Below the pieces are notes generated by a model. That model saw only the letters and a list, made by a program, of their open reading frames with translations. It ran no database searches and was not told the DNA's origin. A DNA stretch of 51,623 bases from Verrucomicrobiales bacterium. GTDB taxonomy: Bacteria > Verrucomicrobiota > Verrucomicrobiia > Verrucomicrobiales > V1-33. Positions within the stretch are counted from its first letter, which is position 1, and each line of letters opens with the position of its first letter. The position numbers were made by a program, and so were the translations under genes. Where the stretch lies: contig JANOAV010000016.1 of NCBI GenBank assembly GCA_031411295.1, positions 1 to 51,623 of the forward strand, in the 5' to 3' direction. Below are positions 28,365 through 37,611 of this stretch, one piece after another.

Positions 28365-28711
28365 ACACGGTAAAGTGTTTCTTTTACGCATTCTTGCTCG
28401 TTGTTTCCACATCAAGTTGCGTCATGTATCGCGTTACCAATCAGAAAATCAAGGCACAGGCGTTTACGGATTTCAGTTGTAAGACCCCGTTTAAGAACGC
28501 AGAGGTGGTTTTCTCTGTCGTAGGTGGCATCAATGGTAAAATCGTGCATTTCGGGTCTGCGACCACGGATTCCCAAGGGTATTTCAACTGCCCGGTATTG
28601 GCAGCGAATAAGCACTTCTACTTGAGCACTTCGCATCTCTTGCTGCGCCATCTAAAGACGACAAATGAGGGCATAAAAATATATGCAATAAATACAGACA
28701 TAGGCCGTTGA
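28361..28711 (+). CDS. Putative small lipoprotein
   Basis: MNTVKCFFYAFLLVVSTSS-C lipobox-like signal; ATGA overlap with the upstream stop. Confidence 0.65.
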   Translation: MNTVKCFFYAFLLVVSTSSCVMYRVTNQKIKAQAFTDFSCKTPFKNAEVVFSVVGGINGKIVHFGSATTDSQGYFNCPVLAANKHFYLSTSHLLLRHLKTTNEGIKIYAINTDIGR

Positions 28712-28757
28712 ACGGGGAATTTGTTGGGATACTCATATTCACCAATAATTAAAGAAC

Positions 28758-29432
28758 ATGTCCCTCTGCGTCCTTACACTATGGCGCTCCGACTGGACGC
28801 AAAATCAGGCGGATGTCGCTACTTATTTGGCAAATGAAGCATTCCCTAAGGAGGCACATTTTCTTTGGATTGTTGAAAAAGGGAGCGAGGCCAGATCAGC
28901 TTTGGATGATTGCGCCTCACAGGTCGGTTTTGGTGAACGAATCGTAGAAATCCAAGAAGTGGTGCTACCAAAAAGCTGCTCAAAACATTTTTTGGTGGCG
29001 GCGCTTTACAATTTCGCCTTCACTCGTATTCCACCTGAAATCCGTGAGGTGCTTGTAATAGAAGATGACGTGGTTGCACCAGTCGGAACTTTGTCAATGT
29101 TGCTGGATGAATGGCGGCAGCTACCGTCGAATGCAGCTGCGTGTATGGTGGCCTACCGCAGCCGCAACAAACCAGGTTTCTGCTGCGCGGGCGATTTGCG
29201 AACTGGATACATTCCGTTTAACACGAATCAGAAGTCGCCTATCTCAGTCAATTGGATCGGTGGTGGCTACACCATTTACCGTGCAAGTGCCTTGACCGCT
29301 TGCCTACCAGTGGTAGCGGAACACAAAGGCACTTGGTATCGTGGCTGGGATGTTGATCTGTGCGCTAAATTCAAAGCCAGAAACCTAACCTGTTATTTGC
29401 TTCCTAGGATTCAGGCTGATCACCGCTTTTAA
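28758..29432 (+). CDS. GT-A fold (family 2-like) glycosyltransferase
   Basis: LVIEDDV, WIGGGYTIYR, GWDVDLC, IQADH. Confidence 0.7.
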   Translation: MSLCVLTLWRSDWTQNQADVATYLANEAFPKEAHFLWIVEKGSEARSALDDCASQVGFGERIVEIQEVVLPKSCSKHFLVAALYNFAFTRIPPEIREVLVIEDDVVAPVGTLSMLLDEWRQLPSNAAACMVAYRSRNKPGFCCAGDLRTGYIPFNTNQKSPISVNWIGGGYTIYRASALTACLPVVAEHKGTWYRGWDVDLCAKFKARNLTCYLLPRIQADHRF

Positions 29433-29481
29433 TTACCTGCGCTTGCCTGTGCTCAAGCTTGACAGAGAATCGGTTGTTTGA

Positions 29482-29506
29482 GGTGGCGGGCAGAATCCCC
29501 GCCACC
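29482..29506. terminator. GC-rich hairpin between convergent genes
   Basis: GGTGGCGGG-CAGAATC-CCCGCCACC. Confidence 0.5.
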
Positions 29507-29679
29507 CAAGCAAAACAGGCCGCCTTTCGCGGGACCGCCCATGGCGTGATTTTTACGGAGTATCGTGAAGGCAAGACGGGCTAGTCTTAATGCGCTGAGC
29601 AAAGCATCAATGCCTTGGGTAAACTGCTCCATTCGCTGGAGTCATGTATGGCGGTGCTTTCCCGGGGCAGCCTTCCACA

Positions 29680-30837
29680 TTACGCAACCGCCTTCTGCAA
29701 TCGAGCTAACGCCTCTTCCAAGGTGGCTCGGGGACAGCCGAAATTTAACCGCACATGACCCGGCCCAGCGAAGTCGGTGCCGGGCGAGAAGCCCAGGCCG
29801 TGGGATTCGAAGTATGGTTGCGGTGCCTCCAGCTTCATCGCCCGCACATCCAACCAAGCCAAGTAGGTGGCTTCCATGTGCGGCATCCGAATCTGGGGGG
29901 CATTGGTTTGCAGGAAATTGAAAAGCAGATCCCGATTCTGCCGCAGGTATTGTTGCAGGCGCGTCCGCCATGGTCGGCCGTGGCGATACGCGGCTTCCGT
30001 GGCGTGGTAACCTAAAGGGTTCACTTCGGCAATAAACGTGGTTTTGGCAGCGAGGAATTTCCGTCGCAGAGTGGCATCTGGAATGATGGCGAAGGAGGTG
30101 CTGAGCCCGGGAATGTTATACGTTTTGCTGGCCGCCATGAGCACGATGAGTCGCTCTTGGATGTCCCCCGTGAGGCGCAGTGCAGTGGTGTGCGGAGTGG
30201 TTTCTGGTTCGAGCAAGAGATCGCAATGGATTTCATCAGACACCAGTAGCAGATCGTGTCGCACACAGAAGTCAGCCACTTGCTGCACCTCTTCGGCTGT
30301 GAAGACGCGGCCCACGGGATTATGTGGATTGCAGAGGTAGAACATTTTCGTCTGCGGAGTCACGGCGGCTTCCATGGCTGCGAAATCCAGGCTGTATTGC
30401 AATGGAGTGGACGAAATTTCCTTCAGTGGCACGGTAATGAGCTGGCGTTGCGTGAACCGATGCAAATTCAGGAACGGAGGATACGCTGGAATGCAAACCA
30501 TCAGTGCATCGCCCGGCTGCCCTGCCAGCAATGCGGCCTGCGTTTTGGCGGGCACCATGCCGGGCGTGAACGTGACCCAACTGGCTTCGGCAGGCACTTG
30601 ATGTTCCTCCTTCAGGTAATCACAAATGGCCTCGATTACGCCGGCATGCGCCACGGAGTAGCCCAAAATGCCATGATCTACGCGAGCCCGAATACCATCC
30701 AGCACGCAATCCGCCACCGCAAAATCCATGTCCGCCACCCACATCGGCAGAATGTCGCGCTCGGCATAGCGCTGCCATTTCAGGCTGCCAGTGTCTTGAC
30801 GGGGAATGATGCGATCGAATTCAGGATAGGTGAGCAT
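29680..30837 (-). CDS. PatB/MalY family PLP-dependent C-S lyase
   Basis: SLKW, LPMWVADMDF, LCNPHNPVGRV, SDEIHCD, SKTYNIPGL, RLNFGCPR. Confidence 0.93.
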   Translation of the reverse strand: MLTYPEFDRIIPRQDTGSLKWQRYAERDILPMWVADMDFAVADCVLDGIRARVDHGILGYSVAHAGVIEAICDYLKEEHQVPAEASWVTFTPGMVPAKTQAALLAGQPGDALMVCIPAYPPFLNLHRFTQRQLITVPLKEISSTPLQYSLDFAAMEAAVTPQTKMFYLCNPHNPVGRVFTAEEVQQVADFCVRHDLLLVSDEIHCDLLLEPETTPHTTALRLTGDIQERLIVLMAASKTYNIPGLSTSFAIIPDATLRRKFLAAKTTFIAEVNPLGYHATEAAYRHGRPWRTRLQQYLRQNRDLLFNFLQTNAPQIRMPHMEATYLAWLDVRAMKLEAPQPYFESHGLGFSPGTDFAGPGHVRLNFGCPRATLEEALARLQKAVA

Positions 30838-30846
30838 GGGGGGAAT

Positions 30847-30910
30847 TTTCGGTTTTCAGAGCTGGGGTGAACGGCACCATCACTGAAAACTCAGAACTGA
30901 AAACTGAAAT
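30847..30910. repeat. Heptamer repeats (CTGAAAA-type) in inverted arrangement
   Basis: TTTTCGG TTTTCAG, then CTGAAAA CTCAGAA CTGAAAA CTGAAAT, in the divergent intergenic region. Confidence 0.6.
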
Positions 30911-30953
30911 CTTCCTTTGCAGCGAACCGCCGCACGGCACTAGCGTCCCCACT

Positions 30954-31949
30954 GTGATTTCCTTTGCTGATTTATTGTCCCAACCCACTCCCATCCTCGC
31001 CCTGGCTCCCATGCAGGACGTGACGGATTTGCCGTTCTGGCGACTGATGACCCACTACGGAGGAGCGGATGTTTATTACACGGAATATTTCCGCGTCCAT
31101 GTGGACTCCAAGTTGGACAAAACCATCCTTTCCTCCATCACCGAAAACCCTACCGGAAGGCCGGTCATTGCTCAACTGATCGGCAATGACATTCCTGCCC
31201 TCACCCGCAGCGCACGGGAATTGGAACAACACAACGTAGCCGCGGTCGATCTGAATCTCGGCTGCCCGGCACCGATTGTTTACCGAAAATGTGCTGGCGG
31301 CGGACTGCTGCGCGAGCCGGACCGCATCGACCGCATCCTGGGAGCGATGCGCGATGCCATTGTGGGAAAATTTACCGTCAAGACCCGGCTGGGATTTGAT
31401 GACGAAGCCACCTTGGACGTGCTGCTGCCCATCTTTGCCAAGCATCACATCGACTTGCTCACCGTCCACGGGCGCACCGTGGCGCAGATGTATCGGGATG
31501 GAGTCAACTATGAGCGCATCGGGCAGGCGGCAGCTGCGATGAACTGCCCCGTGCTCGCCAATGGCAATATTTATTCCCCGCAGGGAGCTGCTGATGTGGT
31601 GCGTGACACGGGCGTGCGGGGCTTGATGATTGGCCGGGGCGCGATCCGCAATCCCTGGATCTTCACCCAGATTCGCCAGCACGATGCAAACGAAACGGTC
31701 TGGCTCCCGACGGGTCGGGACGTCCTAACTTACCTAACAGAACTCTATGGGGCGGTCACTGAGCCTAACGTGCGCGAATTGGATCAAGTCCAGAAAATGA
31801 AGAAATACTTGGGCTTCGTGGGCGCAGGAGTGGAACCCACTGGTCAGTTCCTGCATGAAATCCGCCGCGTTACCACCAAGGCGGATTTCTTCGCCACTTG
31901 CACGAAATACTTGGATCATGCGGAGCCGATGCGGCTAACCCCATTTTAG
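30954..31949 (+). CDS. tRNA-dihydrouridine synthase family protein
   Basis: LAPMQDVTD, DLNLGCP, TVKTRLG, TVHGRT, ANGNI, MIGRGAIRNPW. Start uncertain. Confidence 0.93.
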   Translation: MISFADLLSQPTPILALAPMQDVTDLPFWRLMTHYGGADVYYTEYFRVHVDSKLDKTILSSITENPTGRPVIAQLIGNDIPALTRSARELEQHNVAAVDLNLGCPAPIVYRKCAGGGLLREPDRIDRILGAMRDAIVGKFTVKTRLGFDDEATLDVLLPIFAKHHIDLLTVHGRTVAQMYRDGVNYERIGQAAAAMNCPVLANGNIYSPQGAADVVRDTGVRGLMIGRGAIRNPWIFTQIRQHDANETVWLPTGRDVLTYLTELYGAVTEPNVRELDQVQKMKKYLGFVGAGVEPTGQFLHEIRRVTTKADFFATCTKYLDHAEPMRLTPF

Positions 31950-31953
31950 ATTC

Positions 31954-33126
31954 TCAGCGGGTCGGTGTGTCCGGGGTTTCCGCCAAGTTTAGCAATGAAT
32001 CTCGGAAGTCGGGATCCTTTCGATAGAGCATGTCGTAGATGGCTTTGCGCAGGGCGGGGTCGGTGGTGGCTTCAAGTTGTTTGGGTAGGGCCTCAACGAA
32101 GCCTTTGCGGTCTTTATCGATCCACAATTCCATGGCGTTCACCACGGCCAGTTCGCGATTGGCAGGATTGCCCAGCGAGCGGGCCCAGACCAAGGCGTCG
32201 GCCGGAGATTTCTCGGCCGCAGCCTGTGAGAATGCGGTGGCGGCAGCTTCGTAGAACGGACCTTCCGGCAGCGCGTTCAACCAACGCGAAACGGCCCCGG
32301 CATCGCTTGCCACCCAAGAACCGACGATTACTCCGGCAGTCTCCAGCGGGATTTTGTTGTTTTCCTTGACCGCGCCCTGAAGCCAAGCGGCAGCAGCGGC
32401 GGGGTCGGAGGCGGCCATTCCGATAACCAAACTTTGCACCACGTTGCCCTGGCTCTCGGGGGACAGCGTTTTCATCCACGCAGCCGCAGCGGCGGGATTG
32501 ATCTCTCCCCAAGTTTGCGCCAGCGCGACTTCCCCCACCGTGCGATCGGTGGACTCCGGGAGACCGGCAATCCAATTGGCAGCAGCGGCTGGATCCGCGT
32601 GCGCCCACACGCTGGATACCGCCCCCAAGGCTCCCTGGAGCATGCCTTTATCCAAATTCTGCGCTACCCATGCGGCGGCCGCTGGCGGGTTTATGCCAGC
32701 CCACGTTTGACAGAGAGAAACGGCCGCGGCCTCGCGCAGGTCACCGGGAGTCAATTGTTTCACCCAATCCGCCGCTCCGGCAGGATCCTCACTGGCCCAC
32801 TGAGCCATGAGTTCGTCCAGTTGATCGCTGATTTCTTCCAAGGGCCGTTTCGCCAAGGCATTGGCTTGGGTGGCAAATGCTGCGGAGGCGGAACTGGTGG
32901 GTTTCTTGAATGCCGCAGGGCCGGATGGCTTTTTCTGCTCGCTTCCGCTGGCGGCTTTCGCTTTGCGAGAGGCGATGGTCTCGGGCGCAGGAGCCATGAC
33001 CGCGTCCGCCGACTCCTCCACAGTTACTTTCTTGCAAGAGTGGGCGACGAATACCATCGAGCCAATGCCCAAGGCGGCTGCGACGACAAACGTTAGGGCC
33101 TGACTGGTGCGATTTTCCTCAGGCAT
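31954..33126 (-). CDS. Membrane-anchored helical-repeat protein (W...DP.AAA.W repeats)
   Basis: N-terminal TM helix and about seven repeated DP/NP-AAAA-W units. Confidence 0.8.
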   Translation of the reverse strand: MPEENRTSQALTFVVAAALGIGSMVFVAHSCKKVTVEESADAVMAPAPETIASRKAKAASGSEQKKPSGPAAFKKPTSSASAAFATQANALAKRPLEEISDQLDELMAQWASEDPAGAADWVKQLTPGDLREAAAVSLCQTWAGINPPAAAAWVAQNLDKGMLQGALGAVSSVWAHADPAAAANWIAGLPESTDRTVGEVALAQTWGEINPAAAAAWMKTLSPESQGNVVQSLVIGMAASDPAAAAAWLQGAVKENNKIPLETAGVIVGSWVASDAGAVSRWLNALPEGPFYEAAATAFSQAAAEKSPADALVWARSLGNPANRELAVVNAMELWIDKDRKGFVEALPKQLEATTDPALRKAIYDMLYRKDPDFRDSLLNLAETPDTPTR

Positions 33127-33164
33127 GATGTTACCGGATGTAGCTAAACGAGCCCGCAGCGACG

Positions 33165-33632
33165 TTAGGAAGATGCGCGGGAACGCTTAATCCGGATGGT
33201 GATGATGTCACCGATGTTTCCCTCATTATCCGTGCTGCGGATGGAGACCCGCTTGTTCGCGCCCTTGGCGAGCTTGAAAGTGAAGACCCAGCTGGGATCA
33301 CCCGCCGTGGCAGTGGCCCCGCTGCCGGAGGCAGTGCCTGGAATGATGATCGCCTTGCGCCAACTTTTCTGGCCCGCGAAGCGATATTGCACGGAACGCA
33401 CGCCCGCCAAGTTGACGGTGTTGGCGGTGGCTCCGGTGGCAACAGCGGTCGGGGCCTGCTTGTTATCCTTTGCCGTTCCTGAGACGACCACCAGTTCGGT
33501 GGTGGCCAGCACCCCGATCGCGGGATTGACCACCGTAACGGTAGGCCCAACAATATCTGGCTCCACCGCGGCAAAGCTGCGGTCAATGGCAGTCAGAAAA
33601 AGCAGAGAGAGGGCTAAGAGCAGTGATTTCAT
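33165..33632 (-). CDS. Secreted Ig-like domain protein
   Basis: Signal MKSLLLALSLLF; VSGTAKDN..GVRSVQYR..W..L..GAN..IRSTDNEGN pattern. Confidence 0.75.
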   Translation of the reverse strand: MKSLLLALSLLFLTAIDRSFAAVEPDIVGPTVTVVNPAIGVLATTELVVVSGTAKDNKQAPTAVATGATANTVNLAGVRSVQYRFAGQKSWRKAIIIPGTASGSGATATAGDPSWVFTFKLAKGANKRVSIRSTDNEGNIGDIITIRIKRSRASS

Positions 33633-33738
33633 GAAATTAGATGGGAAAATAGTCTGGGGTGAGAGGAATTCCGGGCACCATAGACACATTTCGACATCTT
33701 GACTAGAAAAACGTTCAACCACGTTTTAGGGAATCTTC

Positions 33739-34824
33739 ATGAATCATTCCGTCCTCAACTCCGCCGCTGACCGACTCGCAGAAGCTTTGCCGAAAGGTGG
33801 TTTCAGTCTAGCGGTCTGGGGTCCATTGGGGGAAACGCTGCGGCTCGAGCGAAATTGGCCGGAGGCAGCCTCGGTGCCGGTCTGGAGCACTTCCAAGGGA
33901 CCAGCGGTGGCCACGATCTTATGGCTCTTGGAGCGGGCAGGATTGAATTTGACCACCCAGGTGGCGCAGGTCTGGGCGGAGTTTGTCCACCCGGTGAACT
34001 TCGGCCAACTGCTCTCGCATCAGGCAGGTTTGGCGGCACCCGAGGGAAATTTACCGGTCTTCGATCATGCTAGCGTGGCGTCCAGTCTGGCCACGCAGTC
34101 GCCCAACTGGGAACCGGGGACAGCTCATGGATATCATCCCCGGTCGTTCGGGTTTCTGTTGGATGAAATTTCTCTGCGGCTCAGCGGGGAGCGGTTGGGC
34201 GTGATCTGGCAACGGGAATTGGCGCGGCCTTTGGGCGTCGAATTTTACTTTGGGCTGCCGGAGAGCGAGTTTCCCCGGATGACCAAAGTGCACGTGGGCC
34301 GGGCTAGCAACCGCCCGGAGGAAGCTGAATTCGTGCGGGCGTATATGGACGGCAGCAGCTTGACGCGGCGGGCCTTTGATAGCTTCAAGGGGCTGAATGC
34401 GGTCTTCGAGTTCAATCACGCGGACGCTTGGCGGTTGGGAAATCCCGGCTTCGGTGGCATCACCACGGCGCAAGGCTTGGCCAAATTTTATGCCGCACTG
34501 GCCACCGATGGCGGCGGGGTATTTCCGCCACAAGTGCTGGGTTGGATGCGGGAGCCACTAATCTCGGGAAACGATGTCATTCTCAAAATGCCGACGACGT
34601 TCACGGCAGGTTTTCAAATGGATCCGATTGATGAGCAAGGGCGCAAGTTACGCCAGCATTACGGACCGCACACCAGTGCTTTCGGACACCCCGGAGCCGG
34701 CGGGAGCATCGGGTGGGCGGACCCGGAAATGGGTTGGGGCGTCGGACTGGTGCTCAACGAGCTGGGGCCAGGGGTGTTTCCGCGGGGGGAGGTTTTAGAG
34801 CTGATCCTTGCGCTGTATGCGTAG
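33739..34824 (+). CDS. Serine hydrolase, beta-lactamase-related esterase
   Basis: WSTSK (SxxK), LLSHQAGL, WEPGTAHGYH, FGHPGAGGS. Confidence 0.9.
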   Translation: MNHSVLNSAADRLAEALPKGGFSLAVWGPLGETLRLERNWPEAASVPVWSTSKGPAVATILWLLERAGLNLTTQVAQVWAEFVHPVNFGQLLSHQAGLAAPEGNLPVFDHASVASSLATQSPNWEPGTAHGYHPRSFGFLLDEISLRLSGERLGVIWQRELARPLGVEFYFGLPESEFPRMTKVHVGRASNRPEEAEFVRAYMDGSSLTRRAFDSFKGLNAVFEFNHADAWRLGNPGFGGITTAQGLAKFYAALATDGGGVFPPQVLGWMREPLISGNDVILKMPTTFTAGFQMDPIDEQGRKLRQHYGPHTSAFGHPGAGGSIGWADPEMGWGVGLVLNELGPGVFPRGEVLELILALYA

Positions 34825-34831
34825 GCTTGCG

Positions 34832-35668
34832 CTAGCGCTGGGGCTTTAACTTTCGGAGCCAGGCAGAAAGCTCAGCCACCGTTGGCACGTCTAGCACGAT
34901 ATCTTCCAGTTTTTCCAATTGGATATAGTTCAAATGTTCAATTTGGGAAACGACGGTCTTCGGAAGTTTGCCGAGGCGCTTGGCCAGGATTTTAAGCAGC
35001 GTCTCAGTCCGGCCTTCAGTCTTGCCAAGGTCCATGAGTTCCCGACCTGCGCGGGTTTTTGTTAGATCAAATGTGCGGATCATGGCGTTAATTTCTTGAC
35101 TGGTTCGATTCTTGAAGCGGCTAAACAGGAGACTGGTGTAGATCGCGCGCAGATTCTCTAGTTGTTGTTTCGAAAGATTCTGCACTCGACCTAATTCTCT
35201 ATACACCATGGCCGCCTGGCTTTCAAGTGTCGTCTCGTCTTTCTCAAAAATCGGGGCCAACAATTTTGGGAGCGGGTGCGCGGGGTTTCGCATCGCCAGC
35301 ACGGCCATTTCCTCGTCCAAATAGACTGCCCGGACGACATGAGTCCACGGATACGGGCGCTTATCAAAACTCTTGTTGGCGAAAAAGATCACTGCACCAA
35401 CTTCGCGTTTGGGGTAGAGCCGATGCACCGCAATTCTCTGTTCCGCGGCCCTTAGATAAATGTCTGCGCTGTGAAAGAACTGAAACTCGATCACCAGCAC
35501 TGGTTGCTTGCTATTCGCAGGAACGAGCAGTCCGTCCAAGCGACGCTCACTTTTCTTGATAATAGGCGAACTGAACGTCCCGGGGGCCGTCGTGGGCTCA
35601 TTCAACATGTCCGCAATCCACTCGGGATGCTGACAGAAAATTTCGTAGAGCGACTCGTCCGTCTTCAT
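34832..35668 (-). CDS. DUF2887/Rpn-like PD-(D/E)XK protein with DUF4351 C-terminus
   Basis: MKTDESLYEIF, RLDGLLVP, IEFQF, QIEHLNYIQLEKL. Confidence 0.8.
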   Translation of the reverse strand: MKTDESLYEIFCQHPEWIADMLNEPTTAPGTFSSPIIKKSERRLDGLLVPANSKQPVLVIEFQFFHSADIYLRAAEQRIAVHRLYPKREVGAVIFFANKSFDKRPYPWTHVVRAVYLDEEMAVLAMRNPAHPLPKLLAPIFEKDETTLESQAAMVYRELGRVQNLSKQQLENLRAIYTSLLFSRFKNRTSQEINAMIRTFDLTKTRAGRELMDLGKTEGRTETLLKILAKRLGKLPKTVVSQIEHLNYIQLEKLEDIVLDVPTVAELSAWLRKLKPQR

Positions 35669-35674
35669 AAGAGC

Positions 35675-35938
35675 CTATGAACCAGCCGCCTGCTCCACTG
35701 CTGCCGCTATGCTCTCCACGTTCTGCAAAATGCCGCGGGCAGCCTCTGCATCCCCTACTTTCAGCCCAAAATGTTTCTCCACTGCCACCACGAGTTGCAG
35801 CGCATCCACCGAGTCCAGCCCGAGGCCTTCCGGGCCGAAGAGCGGCAGGTCGTCCGCGATTTCCTCGGCGGTCACTTGCAGCATTAATTCTTCGACCAGA
35901 ACGGACTTGATACGGGCTTTCAATACGGAATCGGCCAT
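35675..35938 (-). CDS. Acyl carrier protein
   Basis: LFGPEGLGLDSVDALQL phosphopantetheine site. Confidence 0.92.
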   Translation of the reverse strand: MADSVLKARIKSVLVEELMLQVTAEEIADDLPLFGPEGLGLDSVDALQLVVAVEKHFGLKVGDAEAARGILQNVESIAAAVEQAAGS

Positions 35939-36038
35939 GAATAGAGGGGGTGAAATGAAAAGGAAAATTTGACGCCACATGATTGAGAGCGGGAAAGACA
36001 CTTGTCAACGCGCCAACTTCGAGTCCTGTGCTGGGACT

Positions 36039-36929
36039 ATGATTTTAATTGATGGTAAAGCGATAGCTCGAAAAGTCCTGGCCGAGTGCCAAACCGCAAT
36101 CACTGCCTGTAAAGCCGCAGGCTACACGCCGGGCTTGGCGGTCGTGCTCATTGGCGAAGACCCCGCCTCGCAGACCTACGTGGCCAACAAAGCGCGCACC
36201 TGTTTGGAGTTAGGCATGGTTTCCAAAAAAATCGTGCTTCCAGCGGATGCTGCGGAGGCGGCGGTGCTGGCCGTGGTGAGCGAATTGAATCAGGACCCAA
36301 CGATCCACGGGATCTTGGTGCAGAGCCCGCCGCCACCACACATCGACGAAGCGAAAATCATCCGCGCCATCGATCCCGCCAAAGATGTGGATGGATTTCA
36401 CGCGGAAAATGTCGCCAAACTCGCACTGGAAGACCCCAGCGGATTCGTTCCCTGCACCCCGTTAGGCTGCCAGCGTCTGCTCATGGAAGCAGGCATCGCC
36501 ACGGAAGGCGCTAATGTCGTCGTGCTGGGCCGCAGTATGATTGTCGGCAAGCCCCTAGCTCTCCTGCTGATGGCCAAAGGCCCCGGGGCCAACGCCACCG
36601 TGACCGTGGCCCACAGCCGCACCCAGAACCTCGCTGCCGTTTGCCGAGGCGCGGACATTTTGATTGCCGCCATCGGGAAACCGAAATTTGTCACCTCTGA
36701 ATTCGTCAAAGAGGGTGCCACTGTGATCGACGTCGGCATCAACCGCATCCCGGATGCCAGCACGAAAAGCGGCTTCCGACTCGTTGGAGACGTGGACTTC
36801 GAGTCCGTCGCCCCGAAATGCCAGGCCATCACGCCCGTGCCCGGTGGCGTCGGCCCCATGACCATCGCCATGCTGATGCAGAACACCATCAAAGCCGCCC
36901 AACAGATTGAGGCATCCAAAGCAGTTTAA
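36039..36929 (+). CDS. folD: Bifunctional methylenetetrahydrofolate dehydrogenase/cyclohydrolase
   Basis: [47 protein letters not shown]. Confidence 0.97.
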   Translation: MILIDGKAIARKVLAECQTAITACKAAGYTPGLAVVLIGEDPASQTYVANKARTCLELGMVSKKIVLPADAAEAAVLAVVSELNQDPTIHGILVQSPPPPHIDEAKIIRAIDPAKDVDGFHAENVAKLALEDPSGFVPCTPLGCQRLLMEAGIATEGANVVVLGRSMIVGKPLALLLMAKGPGANATVTVAHSRTQNLAAVCRGADILIAAIGKPKFVTSEFVKEGATVIDVGINRIPDASTKSGFRLVGDVDFESVAPKCQAITPVPGGVGPMTIAMLMQNTIKAAQQIEASKAV

Positions 36930-36942
36930 ACTCCCCCACCCC

Positions 36943-37155
36943 ATGGACCGTCCCCAAGCCACCACCCAGATTCGCGATGCCGCCCGCACCATCGTGCAGG
37001 CGCTCATGAAGATTCATCCCGCCATCCCCCATCTGGGCGACGCGGAAACGCAGAACGATTGCCTCAAACACCTGCACCAACTGACCACGGAACTCGAGGC
37101 CATTAAGAAAAAACTCGCCAGACTGGAAGCTCGCGATGCTGCTCCCGAACTCTAA
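36943..37155 (+). CDS. Small hypothetical coiled-coil protein
   Basis: Fills the gap between folD and the next gene in the same orientation. Confidence 0.65.
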   Translation: MDRPQATTQIRDAARTIVQALMKIHPAIPHLGDAETQNDCLKHLHQLTTELEAIKKKLARLEARDAAPEL

Positions 37156-37172
37156 CTTATCCCCCGCTCAAG

Positions 37173-37523
37173 ATGACCATTCAATTCATCATCAAGACGC
37201 TGCTCAGCGCGCTGATTATTTTTGCCGTCACGGAGGTGGCCAAGCGCAACAATGGCGCGGCCGCATTAATTCACTCGCTGCCATGGACCTCCATGCTCGT
37301 GCTGCTCTGGATGTGGCAGGAGAAGGCGGCCCCGGCAGCTATCGCTGAACACACGCGACTCGTCTTTTGGTATGTTCTGCCAACCCTGCCCATGTTTCTT
37401 GCTTTCGGTCCCATCATGCAACGCATCGGATTCTGGGGGGCCCTCGCCAGTTATGTTCTGGGCACCTACTTACTGTTCCTCTTGACGGTGAAACTTGCCA
37501 CCCTCTGCGGCGTCAAAATGTAG
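37173..37523 (+). CDS. DUF3147 family membrane protein
   Basis: IKTLLSALIIFAVTEVAKR..LP..S..VFWYVLPTLPMF. Confidence 0.8.
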   Translation: MTIQFIIKTLLSALIIFAVTEVAKRNNGAAALIHSLPWTSMLVLLWMWQEKAAPAAIAEHTRLVFWYVLPTLPMFLAFGPIMQRIGFWGALASYVLGTYLLFLLTVKLATLCGVKM

Positions 37524-37611
37524 CCTCGGCCCGTTGGTCAGAAATTCTCGCAAAAACGCAAAACGATAATTTCCAAACGCACAGGCCGTGCTACGGTGAC
37601 TCGCCTTCCCT

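Noticed and set aside
29520..29680. Possible gene remnant (MEQFTQGIDALLSALR, minus strand)
   Set aside because: Too short and no family motif.
34832..35668. Rpn-like gene as an active transposon
   Set aside because: No terminal repeats or target duplication seen; this family is common as solitary genes.
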